Source of the DNA: SAR324 cluster bacterium
GTDB lineage: Bacteria > SAR324 > XYD2-FULL-50-16 > JAERRU01
Length of the DNA: 64,000 nucleotides
Assembly (NCBI GenBank): GCA_016735295.1
Contig: JAERRU010000003.1
Coordinates: forward strand, 64,742-128,741
Direction of reading: 5' to 3'
The notes under the pieces are model-generated. The model ran no database searches, was not told where the DNA came from, and saw nothing but the letters and a program-made list of their open reading frames with translations. Within the stretch, counting starts at the first letter, position 1. Every line of letters begins with the position of its first letter. The position numbers and the translations under genes are program-made. Below, piece after piece: positions 48,340 to 56,570 of this stretch.

Positions 48340-49194
48340 ATGAGCAGCAATAAATTTTGGCGTAGTTTGATTTATATTACCCTATTAGTATTTGCCGCTT
48401 TTTATTTACTACCCATTTATGTGATGTTAACGACATCTTTTAAATCGGTGGATGAAATTAGAACCGGTCACATTTTATCTTGGCCAAATGTTTTTACTAC
48501 TGACGCGTGGGGCAAAGCTTGGTTTGACGCTTGTATTGGGATTAGTTGCGAGGGGATTAATAAATATTTTTGGAATTCAGTAAAAATGGTCATCCCTGCT
48601 GTTTTGCTGTCCACACTACCAGGAGCTTTTAATGGCTATGTGTTAACTAAGTGGAGATTTCCTGGCCATAACATAGTTTTTGGATTATTACTTTTTAGTT
48701 GTTTTATCCCTTTTCAAATAGTTCTAATTCCTACAGCCACTGTGCTGGGCAAGCTTGGCATAGCTGATAGCACTTTGGGGCTTATTTTGGTTCATATGGC
48801 TTATGGGTTGGGATTTACTACATTATTTTTTCGCAATTTTTATCAAGCTTTTCCTGATGAGTTGGTTAGGGCGGCTCGTATTGATGGAGCGGGATTTTTC
48901 ACTATTTTTTGGCGAATCATGCTTCCTAGTTCAGGGCCAATCATTGCTATTTCGGTTATTTGGCAATTTACCAATATTTGGAATGATTTTTTGTTTGGGG
49001 CTTCTTTCACCTCGGGAGCAAATTCACCGATAACAGTAGCTTTAAATAATTTAGCAAATAGCTCGACTGGGGCAAAAGAATATAATGTTGATATGGCTGC
49101 GGCTATATATGCGGCTTTGCCTACTTTAGTGGCTTATGTTTTTGCCGGTAAATATTTCATTAAAGGCTTACTAGCAGGCTCTGTTAAGGGATAA
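48340..49194 (+). CDS. sugar ABC transporter permease (MalG/UgpE-like)
   Basis: 284 aa. The EAA-loop context is AARIDGAGFFTIFWRIMLPSSGP. Confidence 0.85.
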   Translation: MSSNKFWRSLIYITLLVFAAFYLLPIYVMLTTSFKSVDEIRTGHILSWPNVFTTDAWGKAWFDACIGISCEGINKYFWNSVKMVIPAVLLSTLPGAFNGYVLTKWRFPGHNIVFGLLLFSCFIPFQIVLIPTATVLGKLGIADSTLGLILVHMAYGLGFTTLFFRNFYQAFPDELVRAARIDGAGFFTIFWRIMLPSSGPIIAISVIWQFTNIWNDFLFGASFTSGANSPITVALNNLANSSTGAKEYNVDMAAAIYAALPTLVAYVFAGKYFIKGLLAGSVKG

Positions 49195-49215
49195 TCATAA
49201 AGTATATTTTATAGT

Positions 49216-50331
49216 ATGGAATTTTTAAAAATAGATAATATCAAGAAAAATTATAACCAAACCGTAGTTTTAAAGAACATTAGTTTAACTTTGGGAAAGG
49301 GTAATTTTTTAGTATTAGTAGGCCCCTCTGGTTGCGGAAAAACTACCTTGCTTAATATAATAGCTGGTTTAGACGTGGCCAATGAAGGGAAAATATATAT
49401 TAAAAATAATGATGTAACTAATTTATTGCCTTCTCAAAGGGATATCGCCATGGTGTTTCAATCTTACGCTTTATACCCCAACATGACGGTAAAAGGTAAT
49501 ATTAGCTTTGGGTTAAAGATGAGAAAAACACCTAAAAAAATTATTGATGAAAAAATAGAAGCGGTAGCTAATATTTTACAAATTAGTCATTTATTAAATC
49601 GAAAGCCATCACAATTATCTGGTGGGCAAAGGCAAAGAGTGGCTATGGGCCGAGCTATTGTGCGTGACCCACAAATATTTTTATTTGATGAACCTTTATC
49701 TAATCTTGATGCTAAACTTAGAGTTGAGATACGCTCTGAAATAAAAAAGCTCCATCAACGCCTTAAAGCGACCATAGTTTACGTTACTCATGACCAAATT
49801 GAAGCACTTACTTTAGCCGATTATATTGCCGTTATGAACCAGGGCGAAATAAAACAATTTGGCACGCCTGATGATATTTATAATCACCCCGCTAATCTTT
49901 TTACTGCTGGATTTATCGGATCTACTTCCATAAATTTTATGGATATTATTTTAAAAAAAGATGGAGATAACTACAAAATATTAGTCGGCAAAGGCTTAAA
50001 TAGTGTCAGTATCACATATAAATCACCGAAAAATAAAATGATTCTTGATAAATATATAAATAAAGAATTAATTCTAGGCGTTCGACCAGAAGATATAAGC
50101 CTAGTTGAAAATACTAAAAATAAATCCACCTCATTTAATAAAAAAATCGAAGATATAGAAATTGCCGGCTCGGATAGTTATATTGAGCTTAACCTAGATG
50201 ACAAAAAAGTTATCGCTCGTATAGACGCTAAATTAAAGCTCCAAGTTAATAAAGCATACGACTTTTTATTTAGTCCCGATCATATTCATCTATTTGACCC
50301 TAAAACAAAAAATAATATTTTATACCCCTAA
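49216..50331 (+). CDS. sugar ABC transporter ATP-binding protein (MalK/UgpC family)
   Basis: 371 aa. Walker A is GPSGCGKTT, the signature is LSGGQRQRVAMGRA, and Walker B is IFLFDEPLSNLD. A C-terminal regulatory (TOBE-like) extension is present. Confidence 0.9.
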   Translation: MEFLKIDNIKKNYNQTVVLKNISLTLGKGNFLVLVGPSGCGKTTLLNIIAGLDVANEGKIYIKNNDVTNLLPSQRDIAMVFQSYALYPNMTVKGNISFGLKMRKTPKKIIDEKIEAVANILQISHLLNRKPSQLSGGQRQRVAMGRAIVRDPQIFLFDEPLSNLDAKLRVEIRSEIKKLHQRLKATIVYVTHDQIEALTLADYIAVMNQGEIKQFGTPDDIYNHPANLFTAGFIGSTSINFMDIILKKDGDNYKILVGKGLNSVSITYKSPKNKMILDKYINKELILGVRPEDISLVENTKNKSTSFNKKIEDIEIAGSDSYIELNLDDKKVIARIDAKLKLQVNKAYDFLFSPDHIHLFDPKTKNNILYP

Positions 50332-50397
50332 GCAATCAGGCGTTAGCTAAATAAATTAATATTTATATAAAGATATATCTAGCTAGCTAGCCTAAAT

Positions 50398-51111
50398 TTA
50401 ATCACCTAATTTATAATCTACCGAGCAAAATTTATAACCCACCCCATAAATTGACTCTATTTTTTCTTGGTCAGTCACTTTAGCTATTTTGCGGCGAATA
50501 TTTTTAATATGGGCGTCAATATTTCTTTCATAGCCTTCATATTGATAACCCATCACTTTTTTAACTAAAAATGATCTTTCAAAAACAAAATCTGGTTTGT
50601 CCATCATAATAGCTAAAAGGGAAAACTCGGTCGCGGTTAGTTTAACCTCTTTGCCATTCACCTTTACGCAAAATAAATTATGATCTAAATTAACTCCATT
50701 GCAAATGATCGGCGCCAACTGATTAATTTTATCATCTTTATCAAATCTTCTGATTATAGCATTCACTCTAGCTAACACTTCTCGTGGGCTAAAAGGCTTT
50801 ATCACATAATCATCAGCTCCAAATTCAAAACCTAATATACGGTCCATTTCTGAAACCCTGGCGGTAAGAAATAAAATGGGGAAATTATTAGTTTTTCTAA
50901 TGGTTTTACATATCTCAAAACCATCAATGCCTGGCAGCATTACATCAAGAATCATAAAACTAGGCGGGTTTTCTGCCACCATGGCAAGTGCTTTTTTGCC
51001 ATTTCCCACTACCGAAATTTTATTAAATAGCACCTTTAGATAATCTTTGAGCAATAATGCTATTTTTTCCTCATCTTCAACTATCATGAGGTAAGAATTT
51101 TTATTTAACAC
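50398..51111 (-). CDS. OmpR/PhoB-family response regulator
   Basis: 237 aa. The receiver domain has IVEDEE, ILDVMLPGIDG and KPF. The C-terminal winged-helix part is VKLTATEFSLL...IESIYGVGYKF. Confidence 0.9.
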   Translation of the reverse strand: MLNKNSYLMIVEDEEKIALLLKDYLKVLFNKISVVGNGKKALAMVAENPPSFMILDVMLPGIDGFEICKTIRKTNNFPILFLTARVSEMDRILGFEFGADDYVIKPFSPREVLARVNAIIRRFDKDDKINQLAPIICNGVNLDHNLFCVKVNGKEVKLTATEFSLLAIMMDKPDFVFERSFLVKKVMGYQYEGYERNIDAHIKNIRRKIAKVTDQEKIESIYGVGYKFCSVDYKLGD

Positions 51112-51124
51112 CAGTGATAATTAG

Positions 51125-52768
51125 TTAATAGTGTTTAATTTTAATGGTCATAGCTAGGCCATCCGTTTTAGAATTTATAGCGGTGATAGTGCCTTTATGC
51201 AATAATATTATCGCTCTACAAATTGCTAAACCTAACCCGCTACCGCTTGATTTAATTTCATTATAGGTATAAAAATATTCAAATATTTTAGGTAATTCAT
51301 CATCCGGAAGACCAGGTCCTTGATCGGTGATAATCAATTGCCAAAATTCTCCATTTACGCTGGAATCTATAGTAACACAACCCCTTGAGCTATGCGATGA
51401 GCAGTTTTCCAAAATTTTATCTATTGCTCTTAGTAAAAGTTCTTCATCGGCCAAAACCCAAATTTTAGTGGGAGCAGTGCGTAATTTAATTTTTAGCCCC
51501 TTTTGAGAAAATAATAATTTATACTTACCGATTACCTCTTTTAACAGATAATTTACCTCTATTTTACTACGTACAATTCCTGTCTGCTCGTTATCGTAGC
51601 TAGCTATTTCTTGTAAATCTCTAGTTAGCTTTGTCAATTCGATTAATTCATCTTTTAACGATAGTAGATTCTTTTTTTCAAATTTTCTGATTCCATCTAT
51701 CATAGCCTCAACTTCTCCTTGCAAAATAGTCAGCGGAGTTCTTAATTCATGAGAAATAGTAGCTATCCATCTCTTTTTACGAGCGGCAAAATCAGCCATT
51801 TGAGTGGCCATTTGGTTGAAATTACTAGCTAATTGACCAAGCTCATCTTTTCTAATTAATTTAACTCGGTAGCTAAAATCATTTTTTTCTAACGCTCTTA
51901 ACCCCTTATTAATTTTAGAAATTGGCTTTAAAAACCACCGGCTAAGCAAATAAGCCATCATCAAGGTTATCAAAATTATCGAGAGCGGACCGCCAAGAAA
52001 TCTAACCCAATCATTGCTCATAATTTGGTCAACAATTCTATTATTTTGTTTTATCCCCAACATCCTTACCCAGCCTACCACCAAATTTTCATAGATCACG
52101 GGATGCTCTTTTAACGTTAGATCATCTTTTTCAATCGTTGAAAAAACAATTCTAGTAAGGTTAAAATGGTCATCATCTTCTAAATTTCTAAATTTACCAT
52201 CAATTTTGGGGATATGAACATAACTATTTATCCCTTTCCTACCATGCATAGCATTGTTTTTATGGGAGAAATAGTCATCATCATCCTCATAAAAATTGCT
52301 GTTACTAAGAATTTTTAGTTGTTTGTTTTTATGAAAATAATACTTTATTTGGTCATTTTTTTTATCAACCGTTTCTTGTTTAATTACAGGAGATGATATT
52401 ATTTTTTTATTTTCATCTAACAGGGCTAGTGAAGTTAAAAAATTTGGTTCTAACATTAAATAAAAGTCCCTTCCTCGAGGGCGATTAAGCATAAGATCTA
52501 AACCACCTACCCAACTTTTTTCATCTTTTATAAAGGGTTGCCATGATTTATTTTTACTATATTTATCTTGCCAAAAACTAACTATCTCGTTCACCGCTGA
52601 GGTTTCTAGCTGTTGAATTCTCATTTTAATGCGCCATTCCCAAAAAAATTGAGTGCTTGAAAAACCTATAATTATCACTAAAAATAGGTTTACTATTAAA
52701 GCTAAGAATAGCTTCCAAAATAGATGTTTTCTAAAATAATTACCCGCTTTTATCAAATATCCTTTCAT
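51125..52768 (-). CDS. sensor histidine kinase (two TM segments, large periplasmic domain, HAMP, HisKA, HATPase_c)
   Basis: 547 aa. The H-box is ISHELRTPLT, the N/G boxes are ILENCSSHS and DQGPGLP, and SGSGLGLAICRAI follows. It lies 13 bp upstream of the response regulator. Confidence 0.9.
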   Translation of the reverse strand: MKGYLIKAGNYFRKHLFWKLFLALIVNLFLVIIIGFSSTQFFWEWRIKMRIQQLETSAVNEIVSFWQDKYSKNKSWQPFIKDEKSWVGGLDLMLNRPRGRDFYLMLEPNFLTSLALLDENKKIISSPVIKQETVDKKNDQIKYYFHKNKQLKILSNSNFYEDDDDYFSHKNNAMHGRKGINSYVHIPKIDGKFRNLEDDDHFNLTRIVFSTIEKDDLTLKEHPVIYENLVVGWVRMLGIKQNNRIVDQIMSNDWVRFLGGPLSIILITLMMAYLLSRWFLKPISKINKGLRALEKNDFSYRVKLIRKDELGQLASNFNQMATQMADFAARKKRWIATISHELRTPLTILQGEVEAMIDGIRKFEKKNLLSLKDELIELTKLTRDLQEIASYDNEQTGIVRSKIEVNYLLKEVIGKYKLLFSQKGLKIKLRTAPTKIWVLADEELLLRAIDKILENCSSHSSRGCVTIDSSVNGEFWQLIITDQGPGLPDDELPKIFEYFYTYNEIKSSGSGLGLAICRAIILLHKGTITAINSKTDGLAMTIKIKHY

Positions 52769-52809
52769 AGTATTGAAATAACAAAATTTTAATAAAAATT
52801 CCTAATTAA

Positions 52810-52824
52810 TGTGAAAATTTCACA
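52810..52824. promoter_or_regulatory. perfect palindrome TGTGAAA-A-TTTCACA in the kinase / LTXXQ divergent intergenic region
   Basis: Read directly. It has 7-bp arms. The half-sites are CRP/FNR-like, but the spacing is one base shorter than the CRP consensus TGTGA-N6-TCACA. Confidence 0.3.
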
Positions 52825-52836
52825 AAAAATTCATAT

Positions 52837-52854
52837 TATCTGCGAAATATCTGC
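52837..52854 (+). promoter_or_regulatory. direct repeat TATCTGC-N4-TATCTGC (11-bp period); candidate OmpR-family binding site
   Basis: Read directly, at 52837-52843 and 52848-52854. It lies about 65-85 bp upstream of the LTXXQ gene ATG. Confidence 0.35.
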
Positions 52855-52919
52855 ACATTTTTACGCTAGATTATGTTTTTGTTAATTATTATTTGTTAAT
52901 TTAACTTATGAGGTAAAAA

Positions 52920-53966
52920 ATGAGACTTTCCAATAATAAATTTAGTATTTCAAAACAGACCAAAGTTAATGTTTTTTTGAGCAAACTGCTATTTTCAGTT
53001 AGCCTACTGGCTCTGATAAGTGCATCAACCCTTACTTTCGCCGCAAATAAAGACGGGGGGAAGGGTAAAAATGGTGGTCAAGGTAAAAATGGTGATCGCA
53101 GTACTTTTGAAGAGAATAGCCAAAATAAATCTTCAGGTGAAGGCCGCCAAGGCAGAGGTCGTGGTCAAGAAGGAAAAGGTGGTCGTGGTTCTTTTGAAGA
53201 AAATAGCCAAGGTAAATATTCAGGTGAAGGCCGCCAAGGCGGTGGTGGTGGTCAAGGAGGAAGAGGTGGTCGTGGCTCTTTTGGGGAAGATTTTCTGAGT
53301 GATGATGTTTTAAAAAAATTGAAAATAACCGGTGAGCAAGAAAGTAAAATTAAAGAACTAACTGAAGAATTTACCACCACCATGAAAGGCTTTCGCTGCT
53401 CTATTCGCCTTATCGGAGAAAGTAATACTGATTTATTTACCCAAGATGTGCTGATATCGAAAGACGTAGAAGAGATGATTGAAGGAGTGTATACTAATAT
53501 GGATTTGATGGGAGAAGTAACCATTAATTATTTAGAAAAAATTCATGCTCTGCTTAACGCCGAACAAAGAAAAGATTTGGTGAATCTATTTCAAGATATG
53601 AACGATCGCTCCAAAACGTTTGATAGACGAAAAGCAAGGTTTGTTCCTATGATAGTAGGTCGAATTAGTGATAAATTTTTCTTTAACGATAAACAAGAAA
53701 AGTCATTAGAAGAAATACTTGGTCTAGTAGATGACTTAGATATTACCAGAGAATTATCTGAAATAAAGCAATCATTGGGTGAAGCTATGCTAGCTCCTAA
53801 TTTTCCAACTGCTAAACTAAAAGAAATGTGGGCTAAAAGTTTAAATAAAATAAACTCATCGGATGATTTAATAATAAAATCCATAGTAGATTTAAAGAAA
53901 AGTCTAACTAAAGATCAGCTAGATAAGATAAAATTAAATGCCAAATCTTCTGATCGTAGTAAATAA
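52920..53966 (+). CDS. secreted LTXXQ-motif protein (CpxP/Spy-like family) with an N-terminal Gly/Arg-rich tandem repeat
   Basis: 348 aa. The signal peptide ends ..STLTFA/AN. aa 46-125 form a 29-aa repeat (..FEENSQxKxSGEGRQGxGxGQxGxGGRGS..) of about 2.7 copies. Four [LIF][TN]xxQ motifs are present (ITGEQ, LNAEQ, FNDKQ, LTKDQ). It is divergent from the kinase/regulator pair. Confidence 0.6.
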   Translation: MRLSNNKFSISKQTKVNVFLSKLLFSVSLLALISASTLTFAANKDGGKGKNGGQGKNGDRSTFEENSQNKSSGEGRQGRGRGQEGKGGRGSFEENSQGKYSGEGRQGGGGGQGGRGGRGSFGEDFLSDDVLKKLKITGEQESKIKELTEEFTTTMKGFRCSIRLIGESNTDLFTQDVLISKDVEEMIEGVYTNMDLMGEVTINYLEKIHALLNAEQRKDLVNLFQDMNDRSKTFDRRKARFVPMIVGRISDKFFFNDKQEKSLEEILGLVDDLDITRELSEIKQSLGEAMLAPNFPTAKLKEMWAKSLNKINSSDDLIIKSIVDLKKSLTKDQLDKIKLNAKSSDRSK

Positions 53967-54002
53967 AATAACCTGGCGAAACATCAAAATTTAGCCAGTA
54001 AT

Positions 54003-54031
54003 GCGTTAGCTTATTTTTAAAAAGCTAGCGC
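54003..54031. terminator. hairpin between convergent genes (possible bidirectional terminator)
   Basis: GCGTTAGCTT (54003-54012) pairs with AAGCTAGCGC (54022-54031). This gives 10 bp with one G-U on the + transcript and a 9-nt loop. Confidence 0.4.
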
Positions 54032-54032
54032 A

Positions 54033-54584
54033 CTATTTTGATAATTCTTCCTCAACTTCTAGTAGCCAATCCAAAACATACACCCTTTCGGCCTGCCCCA
54101 ACCGATAATCATCATTATTAGTAAAAGCACTCAACAATGGTTTAACCGAAAAATAATAATAATTCTCCCACTCCTCAGCTGGCACCATCTTTTTGCTAAT
54201 ATTAATATTTCCTTGACCTATTGTTTGATTAAAATGATCATTAATAATGATATGCTTAGCAAAGAATATATAAAAATTAGCCTCGCTCAATGATGCTCCC
54301 GGATAAAAAAAATATCGACCAGTGGCATCAATTGGTAATAGTAATGATTTTGTGACGTAAAGAGGTTTTTGGGCTAGTTCAATAAACGACCTTTGCTTAA
54401 AAACAACTAGCACAAAACCACGCTTATCTTGTAAAGATGCGTAATTGGTAATTTTTCCTTCAATTTTACTAGTATAAAGCCCAAAAGAATGGCTGCAAGA
54501 CGCTATAAAAATTATCCACAAGAAAAAATAGGCGGATAGTTTAATCGATGTAGCCAATCGCTCGTGATATTTTTTTACTGGCAT
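54033..54584 (-). CDS. hypothetical lipoprotein
   Basis: 183 aa. The lipobox-like sequence FIASC follows a hydrophobic leader. The start overlaps the iclR stop by about 44 nt. Confidence 0.45.
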   Translation of the reverse strand: MPVKKYHERLATSIKLSAYFFLWIIFIASCSHSFGLYTSKIEGKITNYASLQDKRGFVLVVFKQRSFIELAQKPLYVTKSLLLPIDATGRYFFYPGASLSEANFYIFFAKHIIINDHFNQTIGQGNINISKKMVPAEEWENYYYFSVKPLLSAFTNNDDYRLGQAERVYVLDWLLEVEEELSK

Positions 54585-55326
54585 GCAAAACTGCAGGAAT
54601 GATTGTATCTTTCAATATTTTCTCATCCAGCCTAGAGCTAGGGCCAGATATAGAAATACCAGCAACCACATTTCTTTCATAATTAAATATAGGGCCAGCA
54701 ACGCAAGTCACTCCTTTATCTAGTTCTTCGTTATCAATGGCGTAGCCTTTTTTCTGGATTAATTCAATCGCCTTTGCCAGATCATTTTCATTGATAATTG
54801 TATGTTCAGTATGCTTAACAAACTTGTTTGCTCTAATCACACTTTTTCTTTCTTCTTCGCCACTAAAAGCTAAAACCACCTTACCTATCGCTGTGCACAA
54901 AGGAGATAGCCTTATTCCTATTCTTGAGCTTACCCTTAAAACCTGGCTAGATTCTGCGTGTTCAACATAGACAACTTGATTATTTTTGACTAAACCCAAA
55001 TAAGAATTTTCTTTAACTTCCGCCACTAAATTATCTAAAACTGATCTTGCAATCTTCAAAAGGCTGGTATGCTTGTGATAAGCTAAATTTAGCTCCAAAA
55101 TTTTAGTTCCTAACTTATAATTTCCAGTATTTAAATCTTGTTCAATATATCCTCTAGTCTCTAAAGTAGCTAATAGCCTGAATATATTGTTTTTATGAAG
55201 CCCCAAAGCACGGCTTAATTCGGTGATGCCTAGATCGCCCTTTTGGTTGGTAAATTGCTCTAAAACATCAAATGAATTATCTACTGCTTGAATGGAATAT
55301 TCTTTTTTAGATCGTTTAATGACCAT
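54541..55326 (-). CDS. IclR-family transcriptional regulator
   Basis: 261 aa. The N-terminal wHTH is VLEQFTNQKGDLGITELSRALGLHKNNIFRLLATLETRGYI. The C-terminal effector domain is IclR-type. Confidence 0.85.
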   Translation of the reverse strand: MVIKRSKKEYSIQAVDNSFDVLEQFTNQKGDLGITELSRALGLHKNNIFRLLATLETRGYIEQDLNTGNYKLGTKILELNLAYHKHTSLLKIARSVLDNLVAEVKENSYLGLVKNNQVVYVEHAESSQVLRVSSRIGIRLSPLCTAIGKVVLAFSGEEERKSVIRANKFVKHTEHTIINENDLAKAIELIQKKGYAIDNEELDKGVTCVAGPIFNYERNVVAGISISGPSSRLDEKILKDTIIPAVLHASKKISRAIGYID

Positions 55327-55497
55327 TATTTAAAGTTTTTAATGTTTAGGAGGTAATAGACTTTTAAGTTACATTATACCTCATTTTAAAAAGTCGTTAT
55401 AAAATGAATAACTGATTTTATACATCATTTAGTCTAATCTAGTAACTATTTTTTAAACTAATTATAAAAAATAATTATATCATATTATAATAAACAC

Positions 55498-56553
55498 ATG
55501 CCCACCGATAATATACCAAGCACAGTTGCCAAAATTAGGCTGGAAATTTTAAATTTAATTTCTGAGCCCAGGCTAGCTCAATTGCAAATGCTCCAACCTA
55601 GCTTAATTGGTAAATTAAAAAATTCAAAAAATGCTAGCGAAAAAATCGCCAGTTGCTTTATTAAAAATATTAATTTATCCGATCCCAGATTTTTACAATT
55701 ATCACCTAAAAAATCCTTTCCCCAAAATTTAAATTTATCGTTAAACAACCTCTTAACTCATATAAATGATAGAAAATATTCAACCGCTCGCCAATATTTG
55801 CTAGACATAGAAAAAAAAATATCCCCTCCCGAGCCTAATGACTTTTTTTGGCCTGATTTGAAATGGCGTAAACTATTGTTCTTACAAAAATTAAATAAGT
55901 ATTTTGATAATTTAGTAGCAAACCACCAACTCACCCAATATAGCACAAATCGGGTAAATTTTCAATTTAAATATCAAAAACCCTTATGGAAAAAAACAAT
56001 CGCCACCCGAGCAAGCAGGTTAATTAATGTTTATTGTAGCGTGGAAATAGGCCTTTTACCTAAACGAACGTTCGAGATATGGTGGCACAACTTTAATAGA
56101 CAAGCTTTGCATAAAGATATTGAATTTTATCAAGAATTATCTGCTATAATGAAGGATATTTATCAAAAAAAACCGCAAAATAATAGGCTCGCCGGAGTGT
56201 TTATCAGCCCTGATTTAGTGGTTAATAGAGCTTATCAAAGGTGGTTTAAATCAACGCTTCCGCCCCCCACAGTAAAATGGAGCAATGGCTATAATTTTAG
56301 AAAATTAGCTTCTTATAATTATTTACATGATGAAATAGAAATTTCATCCATTTTTGATTTGCCTGATATTGACTTAGAAATGTTGGATTTTTTAGCCTAT
56401 CATGAATTATTGCACCGCCAGTTAGGATTTAGATTAACCAAGCACAAAACAATCGCTCACAGCCGACATTTCAGGGAATTGGAAGACGGTTACCCAAATG
56501 CTGATTATTTCAAGAAAAAGCTAAACAAATTTGTTACCGCCAGAAAATTTTGA
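55498..56553 (+). CDS. DUF45/YgjP-like (SprT-like) putative metal-dependent hydrolase with a long N-terminal extension
   Basis: 351 aa. The C-terminal roughly 90 aa read VKWSNGYNFRKLASYNY..IEISSIF..LDFLAYHELLHRQ...HSRHFRELEDGYPN. This parallels the YgjP pattern (..RWGSC..I.LN..L...yVvvHELcHl...nHs..Fw.lv...P). Confidence 0.5.
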   Translation: MPTDNIPSTVAKIRLEILNLISEPRLAQLQMLQPSLIGKLKNSKNASEKIASCFIKNINLSDPRFLQLSPKKSFPQNLNLSLNNLLTHINDRKYSTARQYLLDIEKKISPPEPNDFFWPDLKWRKLLFLQKLNKYFDNLVANHQLTQYSTNRVNFQFKYQKPLWKKTIATRASRLINVYCSVEIGLLPKRTFEIWWHNFNRQALHKDIEFYQELSAIMKDIYQKKPQNNRLAGVFISPDLVVNRAYQRWFKSTLPPPTVKWSNGYNFRKLASYNYLHDEIEISSIFDLPDIDLEMLDFLAYHELLHRQLGFRLTKHKTIAHSRHFRELEDGYPNADYFKKKLNKFVTARKF

Positions 56554-56570
56554 ATTATCTGGTTCCTCCA

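Noticed and set aside
43135-50331. The transporter block (TAXI-TRAP plus sugar ABC) as a horizontally acquired, higher-GC island
   Set aside because: Hand-counted 60-nt lines in this block ranged from about 33% to 52% GC. A line inside the core gene gltB gave about 55%, and weakly conserved genes gave 22-33%. The variation tracks protein composition (Gly/Ala-rich membrane or conserved cores). There are no flanking repeats, tRNA or integrase. A windowed GC and codon-usage calculation is needed to say more.
53020-53884. Alternative-frame and antisense ORFs inside the LTXXQ gene (53020-53298 +, 53252-53524 -, 53591-53884 -)
   Set aside because: They are products of the G/A-rich tandem repeat and of antisense reading. 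They have no independent signals, and the + frame starting at 52920 has a signal peptide and family motifs.
55359-55395. Imperfect inverted repeat GACTTTTAA...TTAAAAAGTC upstream of iclR as an IclR operator
   Set aside because: The arms are A/T-rich and differ by one base in length. It cannot be distinguished from chance in this composition without comparative data.
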